DNA of 48,620 nt, taken from the NCBI GenBank assembly GCA_043751985.1, contig JAYUZG010000038.1, positions 1-48,620 on the forward strand. The letters are read 5' to 3'. The notes under the pieces were generated by a model that was not told the DNA's origin, ran no database searches, and worked only from the letters and a program-made list of their open reading frames with translations. The position numbers were made by a program, and so were the translations under genes. Source of the DNA: Betaproteobacteria bacterium (lineage in GTDB: Bacteria > Pseudomonadota > Gammaproteobacteria > Burkholderiales > JAYUZG01). This document shows, one piece after another, positions 11,574-24,342 of this stretch; position 1 is the first letter of the stretch, and every line of letters starts with the position of its first letter.

Positions 11574-11849
11574 TGATGGAAGATCCTCAGGTTGAGAGCA
11601 CATGGAAAACGCGGAGCCCGTACACGCGGACTGTACGCGAATTATGCCACTACCTTATCGATATCTCCGAAGACCCGTTACCTCTCGCTACATAGCCAAC
11701 CCAGCGAGGCGTGTAGCTGCCCTCGCTCTTGTGTCGTTAAGCCCTGCACTGTGCGTGTGCTGGAGCGCTACCCGAATTGGTTCTAGAATGGCATTTTTTC
11801 GCGCTGGCGTTACCGCTGTGACGTCAGGGCGCTTATCGGAGGAATCACC

Positions 11850-13373
11850 ATGCTTCAAGCTGCTGACCTGACCATCCGGCTCAACGCCGCCGACGATGTG
11901 GTGATTGCACGCATCGATTTGCCTGAGGGCACCGAAATCATCAAAGAGAAGATCCGCGCCAGCGTCAGCATTCCGGCGGGGCACAAAATCGCCGCGCACG
12001 AGATCAAGGAAGGAGCCGCGGTGCGGCGTTACAACCAGATCATCGGCTTTGCCACCAAGCCGATCCGCGCAGGCGATCACGTTCACGTGCACAACCTGGC
12101 AATGGGAAACTTCGATCGCGACTACGCTTTTTGCGTTGATTACCAGCCGACGAAATTTGTCGCTGCGCCCGCCACCTGGCAGGGTATCGTGCGAGCAGAT
12201 GGCCGTGTTGCCACTCGCAATTATATTGGCGTGGTGTCGAGCGTGAATTGTTCAGCGCACGTGTGCCGCCAAATCGCCGCGCACTTCACTGAAGAGGTTA
12301 TGGCCGCCTACCCCAACGTGGACGGTATCGTGCCGATTCATCACAAGACCGGCTGCGGCATGGCGTCCACCGGCGAACCGGTCGCGGTCTTGCGGCGTGT
12401 GTTGGCTGGTTACGCCACACACGCGAACATGCATTCGACCCTGATGATCGGGCTGGGTTGCGAAGCGAATCAGATCAACGATCTGCTGGCAGCACACGGG
12501 CTCAAGCGCTCCGATCAACTGCAGGCTTTCACCATCCAGGACAGTGGCGGCACGCGCAAGACTATCGCCGATGGCATCGCGCGCGTAAAAGAGTTGTTGC
12601 CCGAAGCGAATCGCGTGCGACGCGAGACGGTGTCCGCCAAACATCTGATCCTCGGTCTGCAATGCGGAGGTTCGGACGGCTACTCCGGCATTTCCGCCAA
12701 CCCCGCGCTCGGTGCCGCGGTCGACAATCTGGTGCGGCATGGCGGTACGGCCATATTGTCGGAGACGCCGGAGGTGTATGGGGCAGAGCATTTGTTGACG
12801 CGTCGCGCGGTGAGCCGCGCAGTCGGCGAGAAACTGGTGCAGCGAATTCACTGGTGGGAGCAGTACACCGAGCGACTCGGCGGCGAAATGAACAACAATC
12901 CGTCGCCCGGCAACAAGGCGGGCGGGCTCACTACCATTCTCGAAAAATCGCTCGGCGCCGTGGCGAAAGGGGGTACCACCGGCATGATGGACGTCTACGA
13001 ATACGCGGCTCCGGTGACAGCGCATGGTTTCGTATTCATGGATACACCCGGTTACGATCCAGTCTCCGCCACCGGTCAGGTGGCGGGCGGTGCCAACATG
13101 ATTTGTTTCACCACCGGCCGCGGGTCAGCCTACGGGTGCAAACCATCTCCTTCGCTTAAGTTGGCCACCAACACCGCCATGTTCGAAAAGCAAGAAGACG
13201 ACATGGATATCAACTGCGGCGTCATCGTTGATGGCAAGGCGAGTATCGAAGACGTAGGCCAGAAATTCTTCGACATCATTTTGAGAACCGCCTCGGGCGC
13301 GCCCAGCAAGAGTGAGCAATGGGGGTATGGCGAAGACGAGTTCGCACCCTGGGTGCTCGGACCGACGATGTAG
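11850..13373 (+). CDS. uxaA: UxaA/GarD-family altronate or galactarate dehydratase
   Basis: SAF domain (GHKIA, HVHVHN), TRNY, LGLQCGGSDG, ILSETPE, NNPSPGNKAGG and FTTGRG motifs; GGAGG RBS. Confidence 0.9.
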   Translation: MLQAADLTIRLNAADDVVIARIDLPEGTEIIKEKIRASVSIPAGHKIAAHEIKEGAAVRRYNQIIGFATKPIRAGDHVHVHNLAMGNFDRDYAFCVDYQPTKFVAAPATWQGIVRADGRVATRNYIGVVSSVNCSAHVCRQIAAHFTEEVMAAYPNVDGIVPIHHKTGCGMASTGEPVAVLRRVLAGYATHANMHSTLMIGLGCEANQINDLLAAHGLKRSDQLQAFTIQDSGGTRKTIADGIARVKELLPEANRVRRETVSAKHLILGLQCGGSDGYSGISANPALGAAVDNLVRHGGTAILSETPEVYGAEHLLTRRAVSRAVGEKLVQRIHWWEQYTERLGGEMNNNPSPGNKAGGLTTILEKSLGAVAKGGTTGMMDVYEYAAPVTAHGFVFMDTPGYDPVSATGQVAGGANMICFTTGRGSAYGCKPSPSLKLATNTAMFEKQEDDMDINCGVIVDGKASIEDVGQKFFDIILRTASGAPSKSEQWGYGEDEFAPWVLGPTM

Positions 13374-13402
13374 TTTCTCGCTTGAGATTAAGGAGAGCTG
13401 AA

Positions 13403-13666
13403 ATGGCTGAAGACAATACCTCGAAAGAATTCTTTGAGATGTTTCAGAAAATGTGGAACCCGATGTCGTTTCCGCTGCCGGGAGTGTTCCAGCCGACTAT
13501 GGAGCCCGCCGATGTCGAGAAGAAAATCGCTGAATTGCTGGCCGTTGAAAATTGGTTGAAGCTCAATCTGAACTTTCTGCAGATGACCATTAAGACGCTT
13601 GAAATGCAGAAATCCGCGCTGCAGACCCTCAAGAATTCCGCCCAGAAACCCGATAACCGGGGGTGA
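13403..13666 (+). CDS. phaM: PhaM-family PHA granule protein (short form)
   Basis: PT....VEKKIAEL.AVENWL..N...L..TI..LEMQK..L.TLK matches the PhaM N-terminal domain; AAGGAG RBS. Confidence 0.7.
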   Translation: MAEDNTSKEFFEMFQKMWNPMSFPLPGVFQPTMEPADVEKKIAELLAVENWLKLNLNFLQMTIKTLEMQKSALQTLKNSAQKPDNRG

Positions 13667-13977
13667 TGCGGATCAATCCTATCCCCCTCTCTGTTACTCA
13701 GCCGGAAGGCGCGACTGGCGTGCGTCCGGTGCCGAGCGCGGGCGCGCCCGGGTCGGCGGAAGCGAGTCAGGGTAATGACCGGCCGCCCTCTCAACCGGAG
13801 GAGCCATCCTTGCCGCGCTACGACCCGATTGCGGAGCGACGTCAATTCGTCCGGCGTGGTCAGGAGCGACGCAAACGCCAAGTGAAAGTGATGTTGGACA
13901 CCCGGGTCGGCCCGCGCCGCACCGACCGGCGACGGGACGAAGACGACACGCCCGGAAACGTCGATCTTGAAGCGTAA
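13666..13977 (+). CDS. Small Pro/Arg-rich hypothetical protein
   Basis: Start overlaps the phaM stop; ERR..RR..ERR...MLDTR...DRRR; ends VDLEA. Confidence 0.6.
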   Translation: MRINPIPLSVTQPEGATGVRPVPSAGAPGSAEASQGNDRPPSQPEEPSLPRYDPIAERRQFVRRGQERRKRQVKVMLDTRVGPRRTDRRRDEDDTPGNVDLEA

Positions 13978-14083
13978 ACGCTTGCGGTGAAGCCTTCCGT
14001 CGGGTCGATCTGTCGAGAGATGAATCGACGCCATTCTCGCGAAGAGTGGGTGTCTTCACAAAAATAAATATGCGTCTTAAGGG

Positions 14084-15718
14084 TCAGGCGAGTGCCGCCG
14101 TCACAATTTCTTTTGCCTCGGTAACAATCTGGCTCAGATGTTCAGAGCTGCGGAAGCTTTCCGCATAGAGCTTATACAGGTCTTCGGTTCCTGACGGACG
14201 CGCGGCAAACCAGCCATTCTCGGTTACCACCTTGAGGCCGCCGATGGGCGCGTCGTTTCCCGGCGCACGCGTGAGCCGCGCGAGTATTGCTTCGCCGGCC
14301 AATGTAGAGGCGCGCACTCGGTCACCGGTCAGTTGCTTGAACGCCACCTTCTGCGCGGGAGTGGCCGGTGCGTCGATACGCACGTAGTAAGGTGTGCCAT
14401 AGCGTCCGGCTAGTTCCTGATAGTGGCGGCCGGGGTCCTTGCCAGTCGTCGCAGTGATCTCCGCTGCGAGCAACCCAAGGAGAATGCCGTCCTTGTCGGT
14501 GGTCCAAACCGATCCGTCAAGCCGCAGAAAACTTGCGCCGGCGCTTTCCTCGCCGCCAAAGCAGATATCACCGCTCAGCAGTCCCGTCGAGAACCATTTG
14601 AATCCGACTGGCACTTCCAACAAGTTGCGCTCCAATCCATTGACGACCCGGTTGATCAGGCCGCTCGATACCAAGGTCTTGCCCACCACCGCGCCTGTTG
14701 GCCAGTGCGGCCGATGCGCGATCAGATAGTGGATCGCCACTGCCAGGTAGTGATTGGGATTCAGCAATCCGCTGGACGGCGTGACGATGCCGTGGCGGTC
14801 CACGTCGGCGTCGTTTCCCCACGCAATATCGAAGCGGTCCTTGAGTGCCACCAGACGCGCCATCGCAAACGGACTTGAACAATCCATGCGGATTTTCCCG
14901 TCGTGATCCAGCGTCATGAAGGAAAAGGCCGGGTCCACTTTAGTATTCACCACTTCAATGTTCAGGCCGTAGCGCTCGCCAATCGGTTGCCAATAGGCCA
15001 CCGCGGCACCGCCCAGCGGATCGACGCCAATGTTCAAATTCGCTTTTCTGATGGCCTCCATGTCGATCACCTTGCCCAGATCGGCGATGTACGGTGTCAT
15101 CAGGTCAACCGGACTGGTGGTAGCTGCCGCCAGCGCCTGTGCATAGGGCATGCGCTTCACATCCCGGTTGCCTTCGCACATCAGCGCATTGGCGCGTTGC
15201 TCGATCCAGCCGGTAACGTCAGTGTCGGCGGGACCACCGTGAGGCGGGTTGTATTTAATGCCACCGTCCTGCGGCGGATTGTGAGAAGGCGTGATGATGA
15301 CGCCATCGGCGCGCGCCGCACTCTGGTCGGCGTTGTGCGCAAGGATCGCGCGCGATATGACCGGCGTGGGCGTGAAGCCATCATCTTTTTGCAGGATGAC
15401 CGGCACGCCGTTTGCGGCGAGAACTTCGAGTGTAGTTCGCTGCGCCGGCGTGGAAAGCGCGTGCGTATCTATGCCGAGGAACAACGGGCCACGGGTGCCC
15501 GCCTGGGCGCGGTATTCGGCGACCGCCTGTGCAATGGCGAGGATGTGCGCCTCGTTGAAACTGCCGTTGAAAGCGCTGCCGCGATGACCGCTGGTGCCAA
15601 AAGCCACGCGCTGGGCGGGTACACTGGCGTCCGGCGCATTCCGGTACGCCGTCTGCAAAGAGCGAATGTCAGTGAGGCTGCTTTGCGGCGCCGGCTTTCC
15701 CGCGAGTGGATGAACCAT
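14084..15718 (-). CDS. pgm: Phosphoglucomutase (alpha-D-glucose-1,6-bisphosphate dependent)
   Basis: [35 protein letters not shown] and AARPSGTE motifs; GAGGAG RBS before ATG 15718. Confidence 0.97.
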   Translation of the reverse strand: MVHPLAGKPAPQSSLTDIRSLQTAYRNAPDASVPAQRVAFGTSGHRGSAFNGSFNEAHILAIAQAVAEYRAQAGTRGPLFLGIDTHALSTPAQRTTLEVLAANGVPVILQKDDGFTPTPVISRAILAHNADQSAARADGVIITPSHNPPQDGGIKYNPPHGGPADTDVTGWIEQRANALMCEGNRDVKRMPYAQALAAATTSPVDLMTPYIADLGKVIDMEAIRKANLNIGVDPLGGAAVAYWQPIGERYGLNIEVVNTKVDPAFSFMTLDHDGKIRMDCSSPFAMARLVALKDRFDIAWGNDADVDRHGIVTPSSGLLNPNHYLAVAIHYLIAHRPHWPTGAVVGKTLVSSGLINRVVNGLERNLLEVPVGFKWFSTGLLSGDICFGGEESAGASFLRLDGSVWTTDKDGILLGLLAAEITATTGKDPGRHYQELAGRYGTPYYVRIDAPATPAQKVAFKQLTGDRVRASTLAGEAILARLTRAPGNDAPIGGLKVVTENGWFAARPSGTEDLYKLYAESFRSSEHLSQIVTEAKEIVTAALA

Positions 15719-15796
15719 GATTTGCTCCTCGATTACTGCAATCGATCTCAAAGTGAACCAGGTTGCAGCACTGCTCAAGAGCGCATCATACGGTGT

Positions 15797-15844
15797 GCAC
15801 GCCCGGGCAAGGTCCGGGTTTTCCGACAAGAAGCCGTACCCCGG
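15797..15844 (-). pseudogene. Short biotin-carboxylase gene relic
   Basis: Translates to [16 protein letters not shown], the biotin carboxylase signature, with no flanking similarity. Confidence 0.5.
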
Positions 15845-16050
15845 AGGGGTCGCATTTACTTGCGCCGGTCGCGCAATCCACGATTGCGTATCAGGCGCAG
15901 GTCGATGACAATTCATGACCTATGACATCAATCAGCGTATTACGGCGCGGTTTGCAATGATTGGAAAATGCGCACCTGGACCACGCGTCATGCCGCGTAG
16001 CTGCCGTTGGACGGCGCGTCGCGCATTGCAATTCGGGCGCGGTTGAGTCA

Positions 16051-17505
16051 GTGCGCGTAATCTACGTCAGCACCGAGGTTTACCCTGCACTCAAGACGGG
16101 CGGGCTGGCGGATGTGAACGCGGCGCTGAGCAAAGCGCTCATAAATTTGGGCGTCGATTTGCGCCTCCTCTTGCCGGCGTACCCGGCGATTCTTAAGGCA
16201 AGCGCAAACGGGCGGGAGATCGCACGCCTCGCGTCTCCTTTGTGTGCTCCACAAGTGCGTATCCTGCGCGCGACGCTGGATGATGTGCCGGTTTACCTGA
16301 TTGAAGCGGGCGAACTCTATTTGAAGCAAGGCAATCCATATGTCGATACGGCCGGCCGCGATTGGCCGGATAACCAACAGCAGTTCGCGTTGCTGGGCTG
16401 GGTCGCTGCGCGCTTTGCCGATGGCTCAATCGACAATTGGCAGCCGGATATCGTTCATGGCCATGACTGGCACACCGGCCTCGCCCCTGCCTATCTCGCG
16501 GCGCGCGGCGGCGGACGTCCAGGCTGTGTATTTACCGTGCACAACCTGGCGTTTCAAGGTGAATTTCCCGCGTCAACTTTTGCCGGTCTTGCGCTGCCTG
16601 CAAATTTCTTTTCCCTCTACGGTCTGGAGTTTTACGGCAAAGTGAACTTCATGAAAGCGGGACTGCACTATGCTGACCGCATTACCACGGTTAGTCCAAC
16701 CTACGCGCGGGAGATTCTGTCCCCGCATTTTGGCTCTGGAATGGATGGAGTGCTGCGCTCAAGGGCGGCTTCGCTGACCGGTATCCTCAATGGCGTCGAT
16801 CCTGCCATCTGGAACCCGCAGTCCGACCCGTGGATTGCGAGCCCCTACGCGGCGCAGAACCTCTTGGGCAAGACGCAATGCAAGCTCGCGTTGCGACGAG
16901 AGCTCGGTCTTGCCTCCGGCAGCGGAGCGGTGTTCGGTCTGATCAGCCGCCTGACCGAGCAAAAGGGGATTGATCTGGTCATTGACGTGCTGCCGTATTT
17001 GATCGATCAAGGCGGGCAATTGGCGGTACTCGGATCAGGCGACAGCAAACTTGAGAGGGCATTACTTGCGGAAGTGGCAAGATTTCCGGGCAGCGTCGCG
17101 GTGCGCGTCGGCTACGACGAAACGCTGGCACACCGCATCGTGGCCGGCAGCGATGTGATCCTGGTACCCTCGCGGTTTGAGCCCTGCGGTCTGACCCAAA
17201 TGTATGGGCTTTGTTACGGCGCGCTGCCGCTGGTGCGCCGGGTCGGTGGTCTGGCGGACACTGTGTGTGATGCCAGTGCGGACGCCTTGGCGTCCGGGAC
17301 GGCCACTGGGATCCAATTCGACGACGCGTCCGCGCAGGGCCTGCGCGAAGCACTGACGCGCGCGTTTGCGCTATGGAAACAGCCACGGCAGTGGGCGCTG
17401 GTGCGGCACACTGCGATGCTGCAGGACTTCAGTTGGGAGATTGCGGCTCGACAATATCTCGAGGTGTACCGCGATTTGCGGCCCTTGGCACACTCGCTGC
17501 ATTAA
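16051..17505 (+). CDS. glgA: Glycogen synthase
   Basis: KTGGLADV, HGHDWH, TVHNL.FQG, SRLTEQKG and PSRFEPCGLTQ motifs. Confidence 0.97.
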   Translation: MRVIYVSTEVYPALKTGGLADVNAALSKALINLGVDLRLLLPAYPAILKASANGREIARLASPLCAPQVRILRATLDDVPVYLIEAGELYLKQGNPYVDTAGRDWPDNQQQFALLGWVAARFADGSIDNWQPDIVHGHDWHTGLAPAYLAARGGGRPGCVFTVHNLAFQGEFPASTFAGLALPANFFSLYGLEFYGKVNFMKAGLHYADRITTVSPTYAREILSPHFGSGMDGVLRSRAASLTGILNGVDPAIWNPQSDPWIASPYAAQNLLGKTQCKLALRRELGLASGSGAVFGLISRLTEQKGIDLVIDVLPYLIDQGGQLAVLGSGDSKLERALLAEVARFPGSVAVRVGYDETLAHRIVAGSDVILVPSRFEPCGLTQMYGLCYGALPLVRRVGGLADTVCDASADALASGTATGIQFDDASAQGLREALTRAFALWKQPRQWALVRHTAMLQDFSWEIAARQYLEVYRDLRPLAHSLH

Positions 17506-17533
17506 GTGTTTCCACCATTTTGCAGGACGTGAA

Positions 17534-19999
17534 ATGAATATTCAGGAAGACCCCGCAACAATCAGCCGTTCCGCCATGAAAGATTCGGACATCGTGCGCT
17601 TGCGCGACGCCGTGTCCAGGCATCTGATTTACACGGTCGGCAAGGATGAGTTCGCCGCCTCCAAACGCGACTGGCTGTACGCATTGTCAACCGCGGTGCG
17701 CGACCTGCTGATCGAGCGCTGGATGGACACCACGCGGCGTTCCTACAAGCAGGACGCCAAACGGGTTTACTACCTGTCGATGGAATTTCTGCCCGGCAGG
17801 ACGCTCTCCAATGCGCTGATTGCGCTCGGGCTGCACGACGTGTGCGCCGAAGCGGTGCGCGAACTGGGCCTTGATCTCGATGAACTGGACGCTCTCGAAC
17901 CTGATCCTGCGTTGGGGAACGGTGGTTTGGGCCGGCTCGCAGCCTGCTTTCTCGATTCCATGGCGACCGTGGGATTACCGGGCTTCGGCTATGGTATCCG
18001 TTACGAGTACGGCATGTTCGCGCAGCGGATCATCGATGGTCGCCAGGTGGAACAGCCGGACCATTGGCTCGTTGCCGGCAACCCCTGGGAGTTTGCCCGC
18101 CCCGAAGTGAAGTACACCATCCAATTTGGCGGCCGGGTCGAATACCGCGACAAAGTCGCCTATTGGGTGGACTCGGACGATGTGCTCGCCATGGCCTACG
18201 ACACCATCGTTCCGGGATGCAATACGCCGGTGGTCAATACGCTGCGATTGTGGTCCGCCACGGCGACCGAAGTGATCAATCTGGCGCAATTCAATCAGGG
18301 CAATTACGCCGGAGCTATCGAGCGCAAGAATCTTTCTGAAAATGTTTCACGCGTCCTTTATCCGGATGACAGCAGCGAGACCGGTCGCGAACTCAGGTTG
18401 CGCCAGGAGTATTTCTTTGTCAGCGCTTCTTTGCAGGACCTGTTGCGACGCTTCTTCAAGACCCACACTGGGGTGCAGCAGCTTCCGGAGAAAGTTGCCA
18501 TTCACCTGAACGACACGCATCCGGCGATTGCCGTTGCCGAAATGATGCGCCTGTTGGTGGATGTTCATCACATCCCGTGGACCATCGCATGGAGATTGTG
18601 TCCGAGAATATTCTCCTACACCAACCATACGCTGATGCCGGAGGCGCTGGAAACCTGGTCGGTGGCGCTGCTGGAACGAGTGTTACCGCGTCATATGAAG
18701 ATAATTTATGACATCAACGAGCTGTTCCTCGATCAGGTGCGCAGCAGTCATCCTGGTGACGATGATTTGCTGCGGCGGATTTCGATCATCGAGGAAAACC
18801 AGGGCCGGCGTGTTCGTATGGCGCATTTATCTGTTGTTGCCAGCCACAAGGTCAACGGCGTATCCAGGCTGCATTCGCAACTGTTGCAGGAAACCGTGTT
18901 CGCGGATTTTCACAAACTGTTTCCGGGACGCTTTATCAACTGCACCAACGGCATCACGCCGCGTCGCTGGCTGGCATTGGCCAATCCCGGGCTGGCCGAT
19001 CTCATCGACCGGCACATCGGCACCACCTGGTTCAATCGGCTGGACGCGCTGGAGCAGCTTCAGGCATTTGCGACCAATCAGGATTTCATGGCCGAATTTC
19101 AGGCAGTGAAGATTGCCAGCAAACAGAAACTGGCGGCTTATGTGCAGACGGTGACCGGAGTCGTCATCAAGCCAGATTCCTTGTACGACGTGCAGATCAA
19201 GCGAATCCACGAATACAAGCGCCAGTTGTTGAACGTGTTGCACGTGATCACCCGCTATCACCGCATCCTCGCCAATCCGCAGCACGAATGGGTGCCGCGC
19301 ACGGTGATCTTCGCCGGCAAATCGGCGTCCGCCTATGCGATGGCCAAGCTGATCATCAAGCTGATTAACGACGTCGCCACCACCATCAATGCGGACACTC
19401 GCGTCGGTGGCCGGCTGAAAGTGGCTTTCGTTCCCAATTACGGGGTATCGGTCGCCAGTCTGATCATTCCCGCTGCCGATCTGTCCGAGCAGATTTCCAC
19501 GGCCGGGACGGAAGCTTCGGGCACCGGCAACATGAAGCTGGCGCTGAATGGGGCGCTCACCATTGGCACCGAAGATGGCGCCAACATTGAAATTCGCGAC
19601 GCTGTCGGCGCGGATAATATTTTCATATTTGGCCTGCATGCGGACCAAGTACGCCAGGCGCGCCTGAACGGCTACCGGCCGCGCGAGTTCTACGAATCAA
19701 ATCCGCAACTGAAGCAGGCACTCGACGCCATTGCAAACGGTGCCTTCTGCCCGGACCAGCCCGACCGCTTCAGTCCGATCGCGCAGGCACTGCTGGATCA
19801 TGGCGATCATTACTTGGTGCTCGCGGACTACGCGCAATACGTGGCCATGCAAGACAAGGTAGACGCGTTGTACCGGGATACCGACGCATGGACTTCCCAG
19901 GCGATTCGCAATGTCGCCGCGATGGGTCCGTTTTCTAGCGATCGGACTATTCGCGAATACGCAACCAACGTCTGGGGCGTGCGGCCTCTAGAACTGTGA
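17534..19999 (+). CDS. glgP: Glycogen/alpha-glucan phosphorylase
   Basis: [29 protein letters not shown] and EASGTGNMK (PLP lysine) motifs. Confidence 0.97.
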   Translation: MNIQEDPATISRSAMKDSDIVRLRDAVSRHLIYTVGKDEFAASKRDWLYALSTAVRDLLIERWMDTTRRSYKQDAKRVYYLSMEFLPGRTLSNALIALGLHDVCAEAVRELGLDLDELDALEPDPALGNGGLGRLAACFLDSMATVGLPGFGYGIRYEYGMFAQRIIDGRQVEQPDHWLVAGNPWEFARPEVKYTIQFGGRVEYRDKVAYWVDSDDVLAMAYDTIVPGCNTPVVNTLRLWSATATEVINLAQFNQGNYAGAIERKNLSENVSRVLYPDDSSETGRELRLRQEYFFVSASLQDLLRRFFKTHTGVQQLPEKVAIHLNDTHPAIAVAEMMRLLVDVHHIPWTIAWRLCPRIFSYTNHTLMPEALETWSVALLERVLPRHMKIIYDINELFLDQVRSSHPGDDDLLRRISIIEENQGRRVRMAHLSVVASHKVNGVSRLHSQLLQETVFADFHKLFPGRFINCTNGITPRRWLALANPGLADLIDRHIGTTWFNRLDALEQLQAFATNQDFMAEFQAVKIASKQKLAAYVQTVTGVVIKPDSLYDVQIKRIHEYKRQLLNVLHVITRYHRILANPQHEWVPRTVIFAGKSASAYAMAKLIIKLINDVATTINADTRVGGRLKVAFVPNYGVSVASLIIPAADLSEQISTAGTEASGTGNMKLALNGALTIGTEDGANIEIRDAVGADNIFIFGLHADQVRQARLNGYRPREFYESNPQLKQALDAIANGAFCPDQPDRFSPIAQALLDHGDHYLVLADYAQYVAMQDKVDALYRDTDAWTSQAIRNVAAMGPFSSDRTIREYATNVWGVRPLEL

Positions 20000-20021
20000 A
20001 ACGCCGCACAGTGCGTTGCAA

Positions 20022-22211
<2,190 letters not shown>

Positions 22212-22272
22212 GCTTACGTTTGCCTCGGAAACCGCTGTGATAAGGAGGGACAGTACCGAGCAATCGACCGGC

Positions 22273-24342
22273 ATGTCGATTGAACCCGGTCGGCCCTATC
22301 CCTTAGGTGCAACCTGGGATGGTGCGGGCGTTAACTTTGCGCTTTTCTCCGCGCATGCAGAACAGGTGGATCTGTGTCTGTTTGACGCGAACGCAGCACA
22401 CCAGATTGCCGCTGTCACGTTGCCCGCCTGTACCGACCAGATCTGGCATGGCTACCTTCCGGACGCGCGCCCCGGTTTGATCTATGGCTATCGCGTGCAC
22501 GGACCCTACGATCCGGCTCGAGGACATCGCTTCAACGCGCACAAGGTATTGATCGACCCCTACGCGCGCTCATTTGCCGGCACCTTCTGCTGGTCCAACT
22601 CGCATTATGGTTACCGTGCCGGACACGCGCACGGCGACCTGTCATTCGATCGCCGCGACAATGCGTGGGCCGCTCTCAAATGCCGTGTGGTGGAAGCGGC
22701 GCATTCCTGGCAGGACGACCGTCCGCCGCGCACCGCCTGGGCAGATACGGTGATCTACGAAGTTCACGTGAAGGGTTTCAGCATGCACAACGCGGCCGTC
22801 CCGGAATCGCTGCGCGGCACTTACGCGGGGCTCGCGCATCCCGCATCAATCAATCATCTGAAGAAACTGGGCGTGACCGCGGTCGAACTATTGCCGATTC
22901 ATGAATACATCGACGAACGCCGTTTAGTGCAGGCAGATCTGTCTAATTACTGGGGCTATAACTCCATAGGCTTTTTCGCGCCGACCGCGCGCTATGCGGG
23001 CGGCTTGGATCCTTTGTGCGAATTCCGCTCGATGGTACAACGCCTGCATCAGGCCGGTATCGAAGTCATTCTGGATGTCGTCTACAACCATACCGCGGAA
23101 GGCGATGAACTGGGTCCCACGTTCGCCTTCCGCGGCCTGGACAATGTCAGTTACTACCGCTTGCGCGATGGACGCCACTACGATGATGTCACCGGATGCG
23201 GCAACACGCTTAATGTCGCCCATCCGCGCGTACTGCAGTTGGTCATGGATTCGCTGCGCTGGTGGGTCAACGAGATGCACGTGGACGGTTTTCGCTTCGA
23301 CCTTGCTCCGGCGTTGGCGCGCGAGGGCGGCGGCTTCGACCCCGGCTGCGCATTTCTTCGCACGCTGCGCCAGGATCCTGTCCTGGCAAATGTGAAACTC
23401 ATCGTGGAACCGTGGGATCTGGCGCTATGCGTGAGCGGAAGTTTCCCACCAGGAATGGCGGAATGGAACGACCGCTATCGCGATGCGGTCCGTGGCTTCT
23501 GGCTGACCGGCGATACCCGTTGCGGTGAGTTCGCGTCGCGCCTGGCGGGTTCGAGCGATATGTTCCGGCACAGCGGGCGCATGCCTCAGTCCAGCATCAA
23601 TTTTGTCACGGCACACGATGGCTTCACGCTGGCCGATCTGGTGTCTTACGCAGCTAAGCACAACGAAGCCAACGGCGAGGGCAATGCCGATGGCAACAAC
23701 AACAATCGCAGTGTTAATTGCGGCACCGAAGGTGATTCCACCGATGCAGCCGTGCTGGAGCGCCGCGGGCGTCTGCAACGCGCGCTGCTGGCCACGATTT
23801 TTTTATCGCAGGGCGTTCCGATGCTGGTGGCCGGAGACGAGCAGGGCCGCTCGCAGAACGGCAACAATAATGCGTATTGTCAGGACAACGCGATTTCCTG
23901 GATTCACTGGGACAGGACCGATACCGTGCTGCGCGATTTCACGGCACGCTTGGTCCGGTTGCGGCGCGCGCATCCTGCCTTGCATCGCACTACCTGGTTC
24001 GATGCTTCGCCGGTCGTTTTGGACCAGCACGACATCGCCTGGCTGTGGCGCGATGGCCATGAGATGACGCGCGAACACTGGGAAAACAGCGCGAACCGCT
24101 GCTTTGGTTTCCTGCTCGGACGCAACCTTGAAACCGAATCGGCGCTGCTGGTACTGCTCAATGCGGGGGACACGGACGTTCCGTTCTTGCTGCCACCGCC
24201 ACCCCGCGAGGACTGGAAACTTCTGCTCGACACGACGCGTCCCGAATCCGCGCTGAACGGCGCAATGACGTCCGGCAGCGGACCCGTCATCGTGCCATTC
24301 CACGGACTGCTGGTACTTGCTTCCGCGCCGGGCAGCCGATGA
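22273..24342 (+). CDS. glgX: Glycogen debranching enzyme
   Basis: PYPLGA, NYWGY, DVVYNHT, DGFRFDL, EPWD and HDGFTL motifs. Confidence 0.96.
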   Translation: MSIEPGRPYPLGATWDGAGVNFALFSAHAEQVDLCLFDANAAHQIAAVTLPACTDQIWHGYLPDARPGLIYGYRVHGPYDPARGHRFNAHKVLIDPYARSFAGTFCWSNSHYGYRAGHAHGDLSFDRRDNAWAALKCRVVEAAHSWQDDRPPRTAWADTVIYEVHVKGFSMHNAAVPESLRGTYAGLAHPASINHLKKLGVTAVELLPIHEYIDERRLVQADLSNYWGYNSIGFFAPTARYAGGLDPLCEFRSMVQRLHQAGIEVILDVVYNHTAEGDELGPTFAFRGLDNVSYYRLRDGRHYDDVTGCGNTLNVAHPRVLQLVMDSLRWWVNEMHVDGFRFDLAPALAREGGGFDPGCAFLRTLRQDPVLANVKLIVEPWDLALCVSGSFPPGMAEWNDRYRDAVRGFWLTGDTRCGEFASRLAGSSDMFRHSGRMPQSSINFVTAHDGFTLADLVSYAAKHNEANGEGNADGNNNNRSVNCGTEGDSTDAAVLERRGRLQRALLATIFLSQGVPMLVAGDEQGRSQNGNNNAYCQDNAISWIHWDRTDTVLRDFTARLVRLRRAHPALHRTTWFDASPVVLDQHDIAWLWRDGHEMTREHWENSANRCFGFLLGRNLETESALLVLLNAGDTDVPFLLPPPPREDWKLLLDTTRPESALNGAMTSGSGPVIVPFHGLLVLASAPGSR

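Noticed and set aside
14028-14056. Imperfect hairpin between the Arg-rich ORF and pgm
   Set aside because: Possibly a weak terminator, but too irregular to call.
15719-15916. 66-aa N-terminal extension of Pgm in the ORF track
   Set aside because: A good RBS precedes ATG 15718, and Pgm homologues start at the HPLAGK region; the extension is treated as non-coding apart from the relic motif.
14903-15925. Long antisense ORFs (340 aa here; also 30048-30986, 28806-29723, 18827-19648)
   Set aside because: Shadow ORFs opposite well-conserved genes, expected from GC-rich codon bias; no recognisable motifs.
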